A stretch of DNA of 64,000 bases from an uncultured Spirochaetota bacterium (GTDB taxonomy: Bacteria > Spirochaetota > UBA4802 > UBA5550): contig CAWHAA010000002.1 in NCBI GenBank assembly GCA_963827275.1, forward strand, positions 192,001 through 256,000, read 5' to 3'. The first letter of the stretch is position 1. Each line of letters opens with the position of its first letter. A program made the translations under genes and the position numbers. Shown piece after piece: positions 21,005 through 35,538 of this stretch. The notes beneath the pieces are model-generated. The model saw only the letters and a program-made list of their open reading frames with translations, was not told where the DNA came from and searched no databases.

Positions 21005-21961
21005 ATGAAAATGATTACGCGTTATCCTGTTATTCTGGCGGTGCTGATAGCGTTCGCTGTGCCCGGCTTTTCTGCCGGGTACGACACCGGTTCGCTGCGG
21101 GTACATATCAGGATGGATAAGAAAGTATTCTACTCCGACGAGGACGTGGACCTCCAGGTGTGCGTGAAAAATGTTTCGGATAAAAAGAATTATTTTCTCG
21201 TGTACGACCCCTCTGACGGCGAATCGCCCGATTATACGACTTTCCAGCCGATGGTATATGACATGGACGGCCGGGAGGCGGAGATCACGGTCCCGTACCG
21301 GATCGAGGACCGCGGCATCGGCGACCTGGTCGCGGGACTGGACAAGCGCATGGTGGAGCTGGCCCCGGGGGAGATGTTCATCCACACCGCGCGCCTCAAG
21401 GGGCTGTTCAGGCTCCGCACCGGCACCGTGTACCGGGTCAAGGGGCTTTTTTACCCGACCTTCGAAGAGGGCGGGGCGATAACAAGCGACAACGAGTTGT
21501 CGTTCAGGATCATCGAGGCCAGGCAGTACAACAAGCCGAGCGGCGTTGACGCGGTCGACCGGTCGCTGTCGCCCGATGAAGTAATGTCGCTGATCCTGCA
21601 GGCTGAAAAGGAGAGGGACTGGGACAAGTGGGTAAAATATGTTAATGTTGAAAAATATATCGGAGCGTTCCCCGAGTTCGTTCAGACGTACCGGCGCGCA
21701 AATTTCGAGGAAAAATCGAGGATTGAAAAAGATTTCATCCGTTTCGTGACACGGGAACGGGACGATTATCTGCTTGATTATAAAATTATCAGGCAGGATG
21801 TTGAAAAAAAGCGTAACATTGCGTATGTTTATGTCATAGTGGACCGCTTCGGCACCAGGGTGACCAATCGATACCGGTGCAGGTATACGCTTGAGCAGTA
21901 CAAAAATCTGTGGCTCATAACCGACGAGGTGGCCACGGTGATAAAGGGTGTTAAACGATGA
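21005..21961 (+). CDS. Secreted hypothetical protein, translationally coupled to fliM
   Basis: Signal peptide (AVPGFSA); ATGA overlap with fliM; host-like codon usage. Confidence 0.75.
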   Translation: MKMITRYPVILAVLIAFAVPGFSAGYDTGSLRVHIRMDKKVFYSDEDVDLQVCVKNVSDKKNYFLVYDPSDGESPDYTTFQPMVYDMDGREAEITVPYRIEDRGIGDLVAGLDKRMVELAPGEMFIHTARLKGLFRLRTGTVYRVKGLFYPTFEEGGAITSDNELSFRIIEARQYNKPSGVDAVDRSLSPDEVMSLILQAEKERDWDKWVKYVNVEKYIGAFPEFVQTYRRANFEEKSRIEKDFIRFVTRERDDYLLDYKIIRQDVEKKRNIAYVYVIVDRFGTRVTNRYRCRYTLEQYKNLWLITDEVATVIKGVKR

Positions 21962-22983
21962 CTGAAATCCTATCACAAGACGAAATCGATGCCCTGTTGA
22001 CCGCCATATCGACCGGCGAGGTGGACACCACGGACTATTCTGCCGCCAAGGAGCAGAAGAAGGTCAAGATCTACGATTTCCGCCGCCCGGACAAGTTTTC
22101 AAAAGACCACATCCGGACTTTGCAGATGATGCACGAGACCTTCGCCCGGCTCACGACAACGGCGCTCTCGGCGCAGCTCCGCGCCCTGGTCGGCGTCCAC
22201 GTCGCGTCGGTTGACCAGCTTACCTACGAGGAGTTCATCCGCTCCATCCCGAACCCCACCACCCTCGCGGTCATCAACATGGACCCGCTGAAGGGCTCGG
22301 CGGTGCTCGAGATCGACCCTTCGATCACCTTTACCATCATCGACAAGCTGTTCGGCGGGATGGGCGAAGCAACGAAGATAAGCCGGGAACTCACCGATAT
22401 CGAGCTCTCCGTCATGGAGGGTATCATTGTCCGCATACTCGGGAATTTACGGGAGGCGTGGTCCAACGTCATCGACCTCCGGCCGCGCCTTGGCAACATT
22501 GAAACGAACCCGCAGTTCGCGCAGATCGTGCCGCCGAACGACATGGTCGTTCTCATCACCCTCGAAACGAAGGTCGGCGAGGTCGAGGGCATGACCAACC
22601 TGTGTATCCCCTACATCTCGATCGAGCCGGTCATCTCCAAGCTGTCGGCGCAATACATGTATTCCAGCATCCGCAAGGGCGCGACGGACGAAAACCTCTC
22701 GGTCATCCAGAAGCGGCTCGAAACCGTCATCCTGCCGGTCGTGGCGGAGCTGGGCGAGGTACAGATCACTGTCCAGGAGGTCCTGCGGCTCACCCTGGGG
22801 GACGTCATAAAGCTTCCCGATACCAAGGTCGGTTCCGACATGACCCTCAAGATCGGCGGCCGGAAGAAGTTCAAGTGCCGTCCGGGCGTTGTTTCAAGCA
22901 GGATGGCGATCAAGATCGGCGACCGTATCGAAGAAGTCCCTGACGAACTGCTGATTTCGAAGAGAAGCGATGATGACTTCTGA
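21958..22983 (+). CDS. fliM: Flagellar motor switch protein FliM
   Basis: ILSQDEIDALL CheY-binding peptide, YDFRRPDKFSKD, ETNPQFAQIVPP, C-terminal SpoA domain. Confidence 0.97.
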   Translation: MTEILSQDEIDALLTAISTGEVDTTDYSAAKEQKKVKIYDFRRPDKFSKDHIRTLQMMHETFARLTTTALSAQLRALVGVHVASVDQLTYEEFIRSIPNPTTLAVINMDPLKGSAVLEIDPSITFTIIDKLFGGMGEATKISRELTDIELSVMEGIIVRILGNLREAWSNVIDLRPRLGNIETNPQFAQIVPPNDMVVLITLETKVGEVEGMTNLCIPYISIEPVISKLSAQYMYSSIRKGATDENLSVIQKRLETVILPVVAELGEVQITVQEVLRLTLGDVIKLPDTKVGSDMTLKIGGRKKFKCRPGVVSSRMAIKIGDRIEEVPDELLISKRSDDDF

Positions 22984-22988
22984 GATAG

Positions 22989-23414
22989 TTATAAATCATT
23001 TTTGTAAATTATTGTCGGATTGATGGCAACAACATGATATATGCCATTAATATTTGCGATTGTATCTCTTATAAACTCTGTCATGCTCTCCCTGGAGTGG
23101 CTGCTTTTTACAAAATCTGAGATCTCTCGCCTTATTGACAGAAGAAGAGACTCCTCGGGTGACTTGTACAGACTTATGCCGCCAAATACATTCCAGTGCC
23201 GGCTTTTATCGGAACCATCTTCCTTGTTCCCGGGCAGTAAAAAATTTTCCAGTGCTATGGAGCTGGGCAGTTTTTCTTTGGGAATTATTTTTATCCAGGC
23301 AAAGGGAACCCGTATTGCTTCATCGATCATGCCGACCGCGCTTTTTTTGTTTCCAGATTTAATACGCAATGCCTCTCTGAATAACAAAATCATCGGCAAA
23401 TTATGATTCTGCAA
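22989..23414 (-). CDS. Hypothetical protein in a low-GC islet (true start may lie near 23524 across a frameshift)
   Basis: 141-codon ORF in AT-rich DNA; no recognisable motif. Confidence 0.4.
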   Translation of the reverse strand: MQNHNLPMILLFREALRIKSGNKKSAVGMIDEAIRVPFAWIKIIPKEKLPSSIALENFLLPGNKEDGSDKSRHWNVFGGISLYKSPEESLLLSIRREISDFVKSSHSRESMTEFIRDTIANINGIYHVVAINPTIIYKNDL

Positions 23415-23551
23415 TTGTATATCTATATGCGAAGGACTCGTTTTCGCAACAGACCGTAAATATCTTCTATCGTATTGGGCGAATAATAATAAGTGAATAA
23501 CTCTGGCAAAAAATCGTGCTTCATATATATTTCATGTATACGGGATACCGG

Positions 23552-23580
23552 AAAAAATCCGCCATCGGCGGATTTTTTTT
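23552..23580. terminator. Intrinsic terminator (bidirectional form)
   Basis: AAAAAATCCGCC-ATC-GGCGGATTTTTTTT. Confidence 0.75.
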
Positions 23581-23649
23581 AGTGATACGGGAACACAAAA
23601 AGCTCCATGTGCGCCGGCATCAGTACCGCTGAATATTTACGGTATGATA

Positions 23650-23847
23650 TTATTTCCTGATAAAAAAGAAATATCCCAGATACACAAATGAAATAACCGC
23701 GATCGCCCAGACCAGCGGGATGATGCCCAAAAAGAATTCACTGAAATACGCGCCAAGCAGTATGCCAGCAGTCAATAACCCGATTTTTAAGATGCCCCAG
23801 GAAACGACCCCGAGATCGGATGTTTTTCTCAATAAGTTGTTCAGCAT
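23650..23847 (-). CDS. Small 2-TM membrane protein
   Basis: Strong AAGGAGG RBS 7 nt before ATG; two hydrophobic helices. Confidence 0.7.
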   Translation of the reverse strand: MLNNLLRKTSDLGVVSWGILKIGLLTAGILLGAYFSEFFLGIIPLVWAIAVISFVYLGYFFFIRK

Positions 23848-24051
23848 GGTGCGGCCTCCTTTTTGATGGCGGTTCTGATGCCTCTGGATGAATTACGGAA
23901 GAATTCAGGTTACTATAAAATAGCGCGGAACATGAATCAAGGCAAGGAAAAAACCGGTCAGAATACAGTGTTGATCGGGTGAAGCATAAGGACGCCACTG
24001 GCAGAAGGAGTGCAGGGGATTGAAAATATTGAAAGAATTAAGGGGAACGAA

Positions 24052-25083
24052 CTACCGGGTGATTCTGTTCAGGTACGGCATCGGGTCAACAAACTCGGTG
24101 CCGATGATGATCGCGTAATGGCAGACATAGCGCGCGGTCTTGCCGGTTCTTCCGACATACCCTATGATTTCGCCCTTCGATATCTGCTGGTCAAGCTCAA
24201 CCGATACCCGCTGGCAGTGGGAATACGACGTGGTAAACCCGTACTTGTGCTTTATCGACACCAGAAGCCCCCGCACCGGGTCCCAGCGGATGTCGCTGAC
24301 CTTTCCGGGAGCGGTGGCCCTGATCTCGGCGCCGGGAAACGATTCTATGTCGATGCCGCTGTTGAATTCGGTTTCAGCGGCGTACATGGAAGTGCGCTGG
24401 CCGAACCTCGATATGATATAACCGTTCACGGGCCATATTGACGGCGTTGTCTCAATTATTTTTTTGCGGTACTCGAGAAATACCTTGATCTTCGAGAGCA
24501 GCTTTTTCGTCGTCCTGAGTTCGCGCTCGACTTCCTGTATGTTCAGGATCTCTATCGGGGGTGATGGATCTATTTCGCCCTCGCCGCCCGCGCCGTCCTC
24601 GAACGTCGGGTTCGGGTTGTGCACGCCGCCCTTTGCCCAGAGCGAATCGATATCGCTCCCGGGGGTCAGAGAGTAGAGGTGCGTGATCTCCGGCTTGAAT
24701 TTCTGGAAGATATCGTAGAGCTGGTTGATTTCTTCCTTGTATTTCTTTATCTGTATCTTTGAATTGACGCCGTATTTTTTAAGCTTCGACACTTCCTTTA
24801 TCGTTGATGAATGGTTGATGATCAGGACCGAAGTGACCGTGACCGTGGCGGTGATAATGCCGCCGATGATCGCGATGGCGAAAATCGTGACGTGGAAATT
24901 GACGATCCTCTTTTCAGAGTGGGGAATGAACATGATGGTAATGCGTTCCTTCCCCTTGGCGACAAAGCGTTTCCGCAGGTCATCGAGCCTGGCTTTTTTG
25001 GAGCTAAGATGATCTGACAGAAACTGCAGTATGTTTTTCTGCAGGTCGTTCAGGTTTGTTTCTTTAAAAGGGTTAAGGCTCAT
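24052..25083 (-). CDS. M23/LytM-family protein (TM + coiled coil), degenerate Zn site
   Basis: TPSIWPVNGYIISRFG, SGIDI, IRATAPG, TSYSHC, IGYVGRTG, VDPMPYL. Confidence 0.85.
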   Translation of the reverse strand: MSLNPFKETNLNDLQKNILQFLSDHLSSKKARLDDLRKRFVAKGKERITIMFIPHSEKRIVNFHVTIFAIAIIGGIITATVTVTSVLIINHSSTIKEVSKLKKYGVNSKIQIKKYKEEINQLYDIFQKFKPEITHLYSLTPGSDIDSLWAKGGVHNPNPTFEDGAGGEGEIDPSPPIEILNIQEVERELRTTKKLLSKIKVFLEYRKKIIETTPSIWPVNGYIISRFGQRTSMYAAETEFNSGIDIESFPGAEIRATAPGKVSDIRWDPVRGLLVSIKHKYGFTTSYSHCQRVSVELDQQISKGEIIGYVGRTGKTARYVCHYAIIIGTEFVDPMPYLNRITR

Positions 25084-25289
25084 GGCTGAATGTTATATGA
25101 CAACTGTATCCATATGTTCTTTGATGTAATACTATCTACGTCGTTCCGCCGCAAAATATTCAAAAAAAATTAATAGATATAATTCTTTTGTATAATAATA
25201 TTTATCGGTAAATTTATGTCAAGTTTTTCTTATTTTACGGATTAATCAATAATTTTTTGTTACGCCGCACAAGCGATTACAGTGCGCTG

Positions 25290-26219
25290 TTATATGGCCC
25301 GGTTCTTTTCATCCGCCAGTTTTAAAAGCCCGTACAGGCTTTCGCAGTGGGGGACGGGGACATTGAGCCGGTGTGCGATCCGTACCGTATTTCCGAGTAT
25401 TGCCTCCACTTCCATGGGGCGTCTGAGCTCGTAATCCTGGAGCATGCTGGTCCTGGTCGGCGCCATCGACCGGGTGTCCGCTACAATCTTGTCAATGGCC
25501 GATGCCGGGACCGGGTGCCCCGCTTTTTCCGCCAGTGCGGCGATCTCCGTCATCACTGCGACCGCCAGCTTAAGCGTCGGCTCAGATCCGGTCATCTCCG
25601 CGGTGGTGGCGCCCCCGCAGAGCACCGAGATGGGGTTGAACGGGGCGTTCCACATTAATTTTCTCCACCGGGCCGCGACGATGTCATGATCGATGTCGCA
25701 GGGGACGCCCGCACTCCTGAAACGACGCGCCAGTGCCTCGATCTGTTCCGAGGTGCCTGACGGGTACCGGCCAATGATTGCCCGGCCGTAGTCCATGTGC
25801 GCTATGACGCCGAACGCGGGCCGGTGCACGCTGATAAATGCGATAGCGCTGATGATTTCATTGTCCGGGAATGCCGCAGCAACCGGGCTTTCAATCTCTA
25901 TGCCGTTTTGCAGAAGCACGATTGAGGTGGCCGGGTACACCGCTTTTTTGATCAGGTCCGGGACGTTGATTTCCGGCAGTACTTTTGTCGCCACAATGAT
26001 AAAATCCGGCTTTTCGCCGTATTCCCCGGCATCCCGGATCACCTGCACGGGGTTGAATTGGTAATCCCCCGCCACGCTGGTGATCGTGATCCCGTTTTTT
26101 TTCACCGCCTCATAATCCGAGCGGCACAGGACTGACACGCGCGAACCCGCCTGGGCCAGGCGCGCCCCGTAATAACTGCCGACAGCACCGGTCCCCACGA
26201 GTAAAATATCCTGTTTCAT
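25290..26219 (-). CDS. panE: 2-dehydropantoate 2-reductase
   Basis: VGTGAVGSYYG, VATK, LLQNG, WRKLMWNAPFNP, TSMLQD, EVEAILG. Confidence 0.9.
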   Translation of the reverse strand: MKQDILLVGTGAVGSYYGARLAQAGSRVSVLCRSDYEAVKKNGITITSVAGDYQFNPVQVIRDAGEYGEKPDFIIVATKVLPEINVPDLIKKAVYPATSIVLLQNGIEIESPVAAAFPDNEIISAIAFISVHRPAFGVIAHMDYGRAIIGRYPSGTSEQIEALARRFRSAGVPCDIDHDIVAARWRKLMWNAPFNPISVLCGGATTAEMTGSEPTLKLAVAVMTEIAALAEKAGHPVPASAIDKIVADTRSMAPTRTSMLQDYELRRPMEVEAILGNTVRIAHRLNVPVPHCESLYGLLKLADEKNRAI

Positions 26220-26488
26220 AATCCTGTCCCCCTGCCGGTATCCGGCCGGCGCCAGATGCCATTTTTTTTCACCAGACATCTAAAAAAGATGCCGGCGCAT
26301 CAATCAAGCATTAATCCGAATTAATCATTGACATGAAAGGGCATACAAATGAGATATTTTATATCCCGGCGGGGTGGACCGTGTGATGCGCATGATATGA
26401 ACAATTGACGAAAATTGGTCATTATGAGGACGCCCTTCGCGCCGCGGGGAACGTATTTACACACTTTGAAACTCTATGGAGGACTACC

Positions 26489-26890
26489 GTGACTTTTTGG
26501 CAGGAATGGGGCGGCTATATATTGATTCTCATCGCACTCCTGGTCATAGCGGCCGGGGTGGTTGCATATCGTATCATAAAGAAAAAGGTCCAGAAGAAGA
26601 TGGACGACCAGCAGCACCTTGTCAACCAGCACAAGGTACCGGCGTCGATTCTCGTCCTTGAAAAAAGGAAGGACAAGATCGCGAATGCAAATATACCAAA
26701 ATCGGTCATCGAGCAGATCCCGGCGGTGTACAAGATCAAGAAAGTGCCCATCGTGAAGGCGAAGATCGGCGCTCAGGTGATGGACCTCCTGTGCGACGAG
26801 GATGTGTTCGATAAGCTGCCCGAGCGGAAGACCGTGCGGGTTGAACTCGCGGGGATTTTCATCGCGGCAGTCAAGCAGGGGAAAAAATAG
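26489..26890 (+). CDS. Single-TM hypothetical protein
   Basis: GTG start after GGAGGA RBS; N-terminal TM followed by a basic soluble domain. Confidence 0.7.
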   Translation: MTFWQEWGGYILILIALLVIAAGVVAYRIIKKKVQKKMDDQQHLVNQHKVPASILVLEKRKDKIANANIPKSVIEQIPAVYKIKKVPIVKAKIGAQVMDLLCDEDVFDKLPERKTVRVELAGIFIAAVKQGKK

Positions 26891-26893
26891 CCG

Positions 26894-27217
26894 GTGGAAG
26901 ACGGTATAGTAATTTTCTGCACCGTTCCGTCACGGGACGTCGGCATGAAGATTGCGGACCACCTGGTCGGGGGTGAGCACGCGGCGTGCGTGAACGTCAT
27001 CCCGGGATTGACCTCTGTCTACCGCTGGAAGGGAGCCGTCTGCTCGGAAGAGGAGCTGCTATTGATAATAAAGACCAGGAAACAGCTTTTTGACGCGGTA
27101 TGCGGCCGGATACGTGCCCTGCACCCCTACGAAGTGCCGGAAATACTATCGCTCGATATTTCAGAGGGAAGCGAGCCGTACCTGAAATGGATTTTAGATT
27201 CCACCCGGGTGTGCTGA
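26894..27217 (+). CDS. cutA: Divalent-cation tolerance protein CutA
   Basis: AACVNVIPGLTSVYRWKG, E.LLIIKT, HPYEVPEI, YLKWI. Confidence 0.93.
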   Translation: MEDGIVIFCTVPSRDVGMKIADHLVGGEHAACVNVIPGLTSVYRWKGAVCSEEELLLIIKTRKQLFDAVCGRIRALHPYEVPEILSLDISEGSEPYLKWILDSTRVC

Positions 27218-27499
27218 TCCAGAATGTGGCTATTCCGGCGGTTCTTAAACAAAAAATATATAAGAATTTTTTCCAGTTTGACATGCTGTTGTTTTTTAAA
27301 AGTTATTTCTTAATTTTTTTCTTGATAAAAATTAAAAAACGCTCATAAATGATCGTGTAGTGCGCTATCTGTTTTTTCGAACAATCACCCGGATACCGAA
27401 AAAGATTGAATTTCTCGTTTTTTAAAATAATTACAAAAAAATTTCTAAGATTAATATTGATTGTACCGTTTATATTAATTACATTATTAGGCGGGAGAA

Positions 27500-27961
27500 A
27501 TGAACAGAATAACTAACAGCATTCTCAGCAACAGGTTTGTTAGGCTTATTGAAGAGAATCATCAGGTCATCATCGAGCATTTCATGAATGATGTTCTCCG
27601 AAATAAGAAAACTGTCTCTTACGCCAAGCTGGATGCGAATGACCTTTATGAAATAGGCAGCAGGGTGTACCGGGAGCTATCCAAGTGGATCGCCAAGGAT
27701 CTCCCGAAAGAAGAAGTTAAGCTGTATTACCAGAAATTGGGCAAGATCAGGCGAAATGAGGGCATTCCGGCGTCGGAGTTCTTTCAGGCGCTTGTTCTTT
27801 TGAAACGTCACCTGTGGCTGTTTATCCAGGGGCAACTGGAAAACGAGATGACCGATTACAAGCAGGCGATGGAGGTGAATAACCGGGTTGTCCTTTTTTT
27901 TGACAGGGCCGCGTATTACATGCTGACCGGTTATGAAGAAGAGTACAGGAAGAAGTGGTAA
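27500..27961 (+). CDS. RsbRD N-terminal-like (globin-like sensor) domain protein
   Basis: Y..LG..RR.EGIP.SE...AL.LLKRHLW and FFDRA.YY...GY pattern; GGGAG RBS. Confidence 0.6.
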   Translation: MNRITNSILSNRFVRLIEENHQVIIEHFMNDVLRNKKTVSYAKLDANDLYEIGSRVYRELSKWIAKDLPKEEVKLYYQKLGKIRRNEGIPASEFFQALVLLKRHLWLFIQGQLENEMTDYKQAMEVNNRVVLFFDRAAYYMLTGYEEEYRKKW

Positions 27962-28028
27962 TTTTTTTTAATAAAAAAAAATTTTTTCTCAAAAACTCTT
28001 GACAAATTTAGGCATAAAAAACTAATAT
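27960..28028 (+). promoter_or_regulatory. rRNA operon promoter with UP-element-like AT tract
   Basis: TTGACA at 27999-28004, TAATAT at 28023-28028, A/T tracts upstream. Confidence 0.6.
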
Positions 28029-28207
28029 CATTTTCTCATAAGGGATGGTTTTGATGATATTAAAAACATCGCTTAACAAAATCAAAGGGTTACTCGAAAC
28101 GGTTACCTAAGATTTTAAAATAATTAAGCGCCTGAAACAGGGCGAACTGATTGTTGAAAAATCTCCAATATTGATACATATCTTGGGGATTTTTTTGTCA
28201 CTTGTGA

Positions 28208-28234
28208 TAGTTCTTTGAAAACTGGGTAGTATTA
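28208..28234 (+). promoter_or_regulatory. rRNA leader boxA and 5' arm of 16S processing stalk
   Basis: TAGTTCTTTGAAAACTGGGTAGTATTA is complementary at 25 of 27 positions to 29884-29910 and contains a boxA-like GTTCTTTGAAA. Confidence 0.8.
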
Positions 28235-28300
28235 TAAAAACTACCTCTGTTAATTTCTTAAATTCATAATTTGGAACCAAATTATCTTTATGATAATATT

Positions 28301-29848
<1,548 letters not shown>

Positions 29849-29958
29849 AAAAGGAAAGACAATCGTTAACAGGGGCAACAATTTAATACTACCCAGTTTT
29901 GAGAGAACTATAGCAACAAGCCTATTTTTTCCTATAGGCCTGACACTGATATCAACCA

Positions 29959-30032
29959 GGGCCTGTAGCTCAGTTGGCTAGAGCGTACGACTGATAATCG
30001 TAAGGTCGGTGGTTCGATTCCACTCAGGCCCA
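29959..30032 (+). tRNA. tRNA-Ile(GAU)
   Basis: GGGCCTG/CAGGCCC acceptor stem, anticodon loop CTGATAA, GGTTCGATTCC T arm. CCA not encoded. Confidence 0.97.
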
Positions 30033-30045
30033 ATGGGATAAAATA

Positions 30046-30118
30046 GGGGGTGTAGCTCAGTTGGGAGAGCGACTGCCTTGCACGCAGTAGGTCATCGGTT
30101 CGATCCCGTTCACCTCCA
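30046..30118 (+). tRNA. tRNA-Ala(UGC)
   Basis: GGGGGTG/CACCTCC acceptor stem with G3:U70, anticodon TGC, GGTTCGATCCC T arm. CCA not encoded. Confidence 0.97.
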
Positions 30119-30372
30119 AATGTCAATGATCAAGTGGGGCTTAAACCCCACCCGATCAGAGACAAAAACCTCGTCTTCACGAGGCATGATCTTTCAAAAC
30201 GGTTAAGCCAAATTTTTAACAGAAATCAGGTTTAACAATTTCGTCGAATTAAAAGAGAACATGAGTGCCGAATTATGCTGTGACCGCATAATGGATTCTG
30301 AGAGCCGTGTTGCGGCTCTCGCTCCGAAATTATGAAGGCGCCCGTAAAGGCGTTTTCATGATAAAATAATAT

Positions 30373-33367
<2,995 letters not shown>

Positions 33368-33373
33368 TATTAT

Positions 33374-33408
33374 AATACGCCCAGGGGAAACCCTGGGCGT
33401 ATTTTTTT
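33374..33408 (+). terminator. Intrinsic terminator directly after 23S
   Basis: AATACGCCCAGGG-GAAA-CCCTGGGCGTATT followed by a T tract. Confidence 0.9.
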
Positions 33409-33598
33409 ATGCACAATACCCGGGAATCAATTATTAAAGAGGGTTCGAGTTTCGCACCAATTGAAGCAAAATTTTATTGTTGTATTATTAGGAAGCTGTT
33501 TTATCATTAACGTGTCCGTAATTATACGTCTCGACGGCTTGAAGTGCCGGCATATTGAGATTCGCTTTGTCAGATAACGATGCACCGGGGATGCAGAA

Positions 33599-33922
33599 AT
33601 GGAGATAGATTCTCGAGAGCTGAAATCTCACAAGATACTCGCACCGAACGGCGATATTGATTATTTCACCGTAGGAGAACTGAAAAAGGCGGTGTTCGGG
33701 TTGATACAGGAAAAAACCAGGAGCATCGTCATTGACCTGAAAAAAGTAGAATATATAGATTCTTCCGGTTTCGGCATGATCGTCACCGCATGCCGGGCAA
33801 TGAATGACTATAACGGCAAGCTGGGCCTCATGAACGTACGCGATGACATCATGGCGCTGTTAAAAGTCGCCACATTCAACACGATAATGAAAATCTACAA
33901 GAGTGAAAAAGAATTGAAATAG
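33599..33922 (+). CDS. STAS-domain anti-sigma-factor antagonist (RsbV/SpoIIAA-like)
   Basis: GDIDYFT, IVIDLKKVEYIDSSGFG with the conserved phosphorylatable Ser. Confidence 0.9.
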   Translation: MEIDSRELKSHKILAPNGDIDYFTVGELKKAVFGLIQEKTRSIVIDLKKVEYIDSSGFGMIVTACRAMNDYNGKLGLMNVRDDIMALLKVATFNTIMKIYKSEKELK

Positions 33923-33962
33923 CGCCCGCGGGCGTCGCCGCCGCTTGAGTGCGTGAAGTCCA

Positions 33963-35381
33963 TCACACCATAACGCGGCTTTCGACCGGGAACCGTATCG
34001 TGAACTGCGTTCCATCCCGGTCCGACTGGATATCCACCGCTGCGTTATGGTCCTTGAGTATCTTGCTGCAGATGGAGAGCCCTATCCCCGTCCCGTGCCC
34101 CCGCTTCTTTGTGGTAAAAAATGGGGACCATATCTTATGCTTGATGTCCTCCGATATACCGCTTCCGTTGTCCTGGATCATCATCAGGACCGCGCCGCCC
34201 GATGTTGAGGTGGTGATCCGTATGGTGCCGCCGTCGTCCTGCGATTCGAATTCCTTTTCAAGAATCGCGTCTTTTGAATTCAATATAATATTCACGATAA
34301 GTTGTTCCAGTGAAATCCTGTCGCCGAAGATCCTGGGGATCGCGTCATCGAGCATGAAGACGAGATCAATGTTTTTCTTCTTGAGCTGGAGATGAATGAG
34401 GTCGATCGCCTCAAGGATGACCTTGTTGAGGTCGATCTGTCTGATTGAAAAGGGGGTCTTTTTCGAGAAGTTTCTGATGTGGTCGATTATGGATGAGGAT
34501 TTATCGACCAGCGAGCAGATCCTCAATAATTCAGACACGGCCTGCAGGTTTTCGAATTCTTCGGAATTGATGTCGTCTATCATGTTCTGGGCGATGCCCT
34601 TGATGCCGGTAAGCGGCTGGGCGAGTTCATGCGCGATGCCCGCAGTCAGCTCGGCGAGGCTGGCATGGCGCGCCATCTGCGAAAGTTCCAGGTCTTTTTC
34701 CGCGATTATCTTTCTGCACGATTCATTGCTCTGCTTCAGCCGGGTAATGCGGCGGTTCAGCTTGTTGTTCAACTCGTTTACGATGTTGAACTGTGAAAGG
34801 ATCCCTTCCATCCTGTTTTTTAAATTATACGCCATGAGGAGCGTGACGATGATGTTCATCAGTCCCGCCGAGAGAATGAAGTGTATCTCGTTGAGGGCAT
34901 ACACCGCAAGGGAGAGATAGGCAAAATTCAAAAAGATGGCCCCGAGCAGAAACAGCGATATCGGCTCATGCCTGCCGGGAAATATCATGTAGATGATATA
35001 GAGATAAAAGGAGATATGGAGGAGGTAAATTATCAGTGAGATCATTCCGGGCAGGAACACCATGGCGAACAGCGCCACCGCGCATATTGCATAGATCGGC
35101 ACAAGCGAGGTGTAACGGTAATGGTTGTACTTGTGCCGGATCATGTGGGAGAGAGTGACCGGGTACAGGCACAGGCCGAGCACCGTCATGAACGGGATCG
35201 TCTCAATCTCCAGGACGTTGTTGTACCGTAAAAAAAGCGGTGTGACGATAAGCAGGATGGCAATGCTGTCCGGCAGGAGGCGCTTGGCGTACCCGATGAA
35301 AAAAAACAGGATCCCGATACACAACTCGATGACTGAAGCGTAGAAGATGAAATTGATCGAGATTGTATAGAATAGTTCCAT
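33963..35381 (-). CDS. Multi-TM sensor histidine kinase
   Basis: About 7 N-terminal TMs; H box IAHELAQPL; NIILNSKDA; QDNGSGI; PFFTTK; GTGIGL. Confidence 0.92.
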   Translation of the reverse strand: MELFYTISINFIFYASVIELCIGILFFFIGYAKRLLPDSIAILLIVTPLFLRYNNVLEIETIPFMTVLGLCLYPVTLSHMIRHKYNHYRYTSLVPIYAICAVALFAMVFLPGMISLIIYLLHISFYLYIIYMIFPGRHEPISLFLLGAIFLNFAYLSLAVYALNEIHFILSAGLMNIIVTLLMAYNLKNRMEGILSQFNIVNELNNKLNRRITRLKQSNESCRKIIAEKDLELSQMARHASLAELTAGIAHELAQPLTGIKGIAQNMIDDINSEEFENLQAVSELLRICSLVDKSSSIIDHIRNFSKKTPFSIRQIDLNKVILEAIDLIHLQLKKKNIDLVFMLDDAIPRIFGDRISLEQLIVNIILNSKDAILEKEFESQDDGGTIRITTSTSGGAVLMMIQDNGSGISEDIKHKIWSPFFTTKKRGHGTGIGLSICSKILKDHNAAVDIQSDRDGTQFTIRFPVESRVMV

Positions 35382-35415
35382 AATTTGCGTTAATTTTCAG
35401 GATTGAATAACTTCA

Positions 35416-35451
35416 ATTGACATCTGGATTTAAAATTTATAACATGTCAAT
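35416..35451. promoter_or_regulatory. Divergent promoter pair between the histidine kinase gene and ychF
   Basis: ATTGACAT (35416-35423) and ATGTCAAT (35444-35451) inverted TTGACA boxes with an AT-rich spacer. Confidence 0.5.
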
Positions 35452-35538
35452 GTTTTATTGTTACAGCGTAACACATATTTGACGGGCGGGCCGGAGGGCG
35501 CTCGGGCCGCGCCTGCCGTAGTAGCCAGGAAAATGCAT

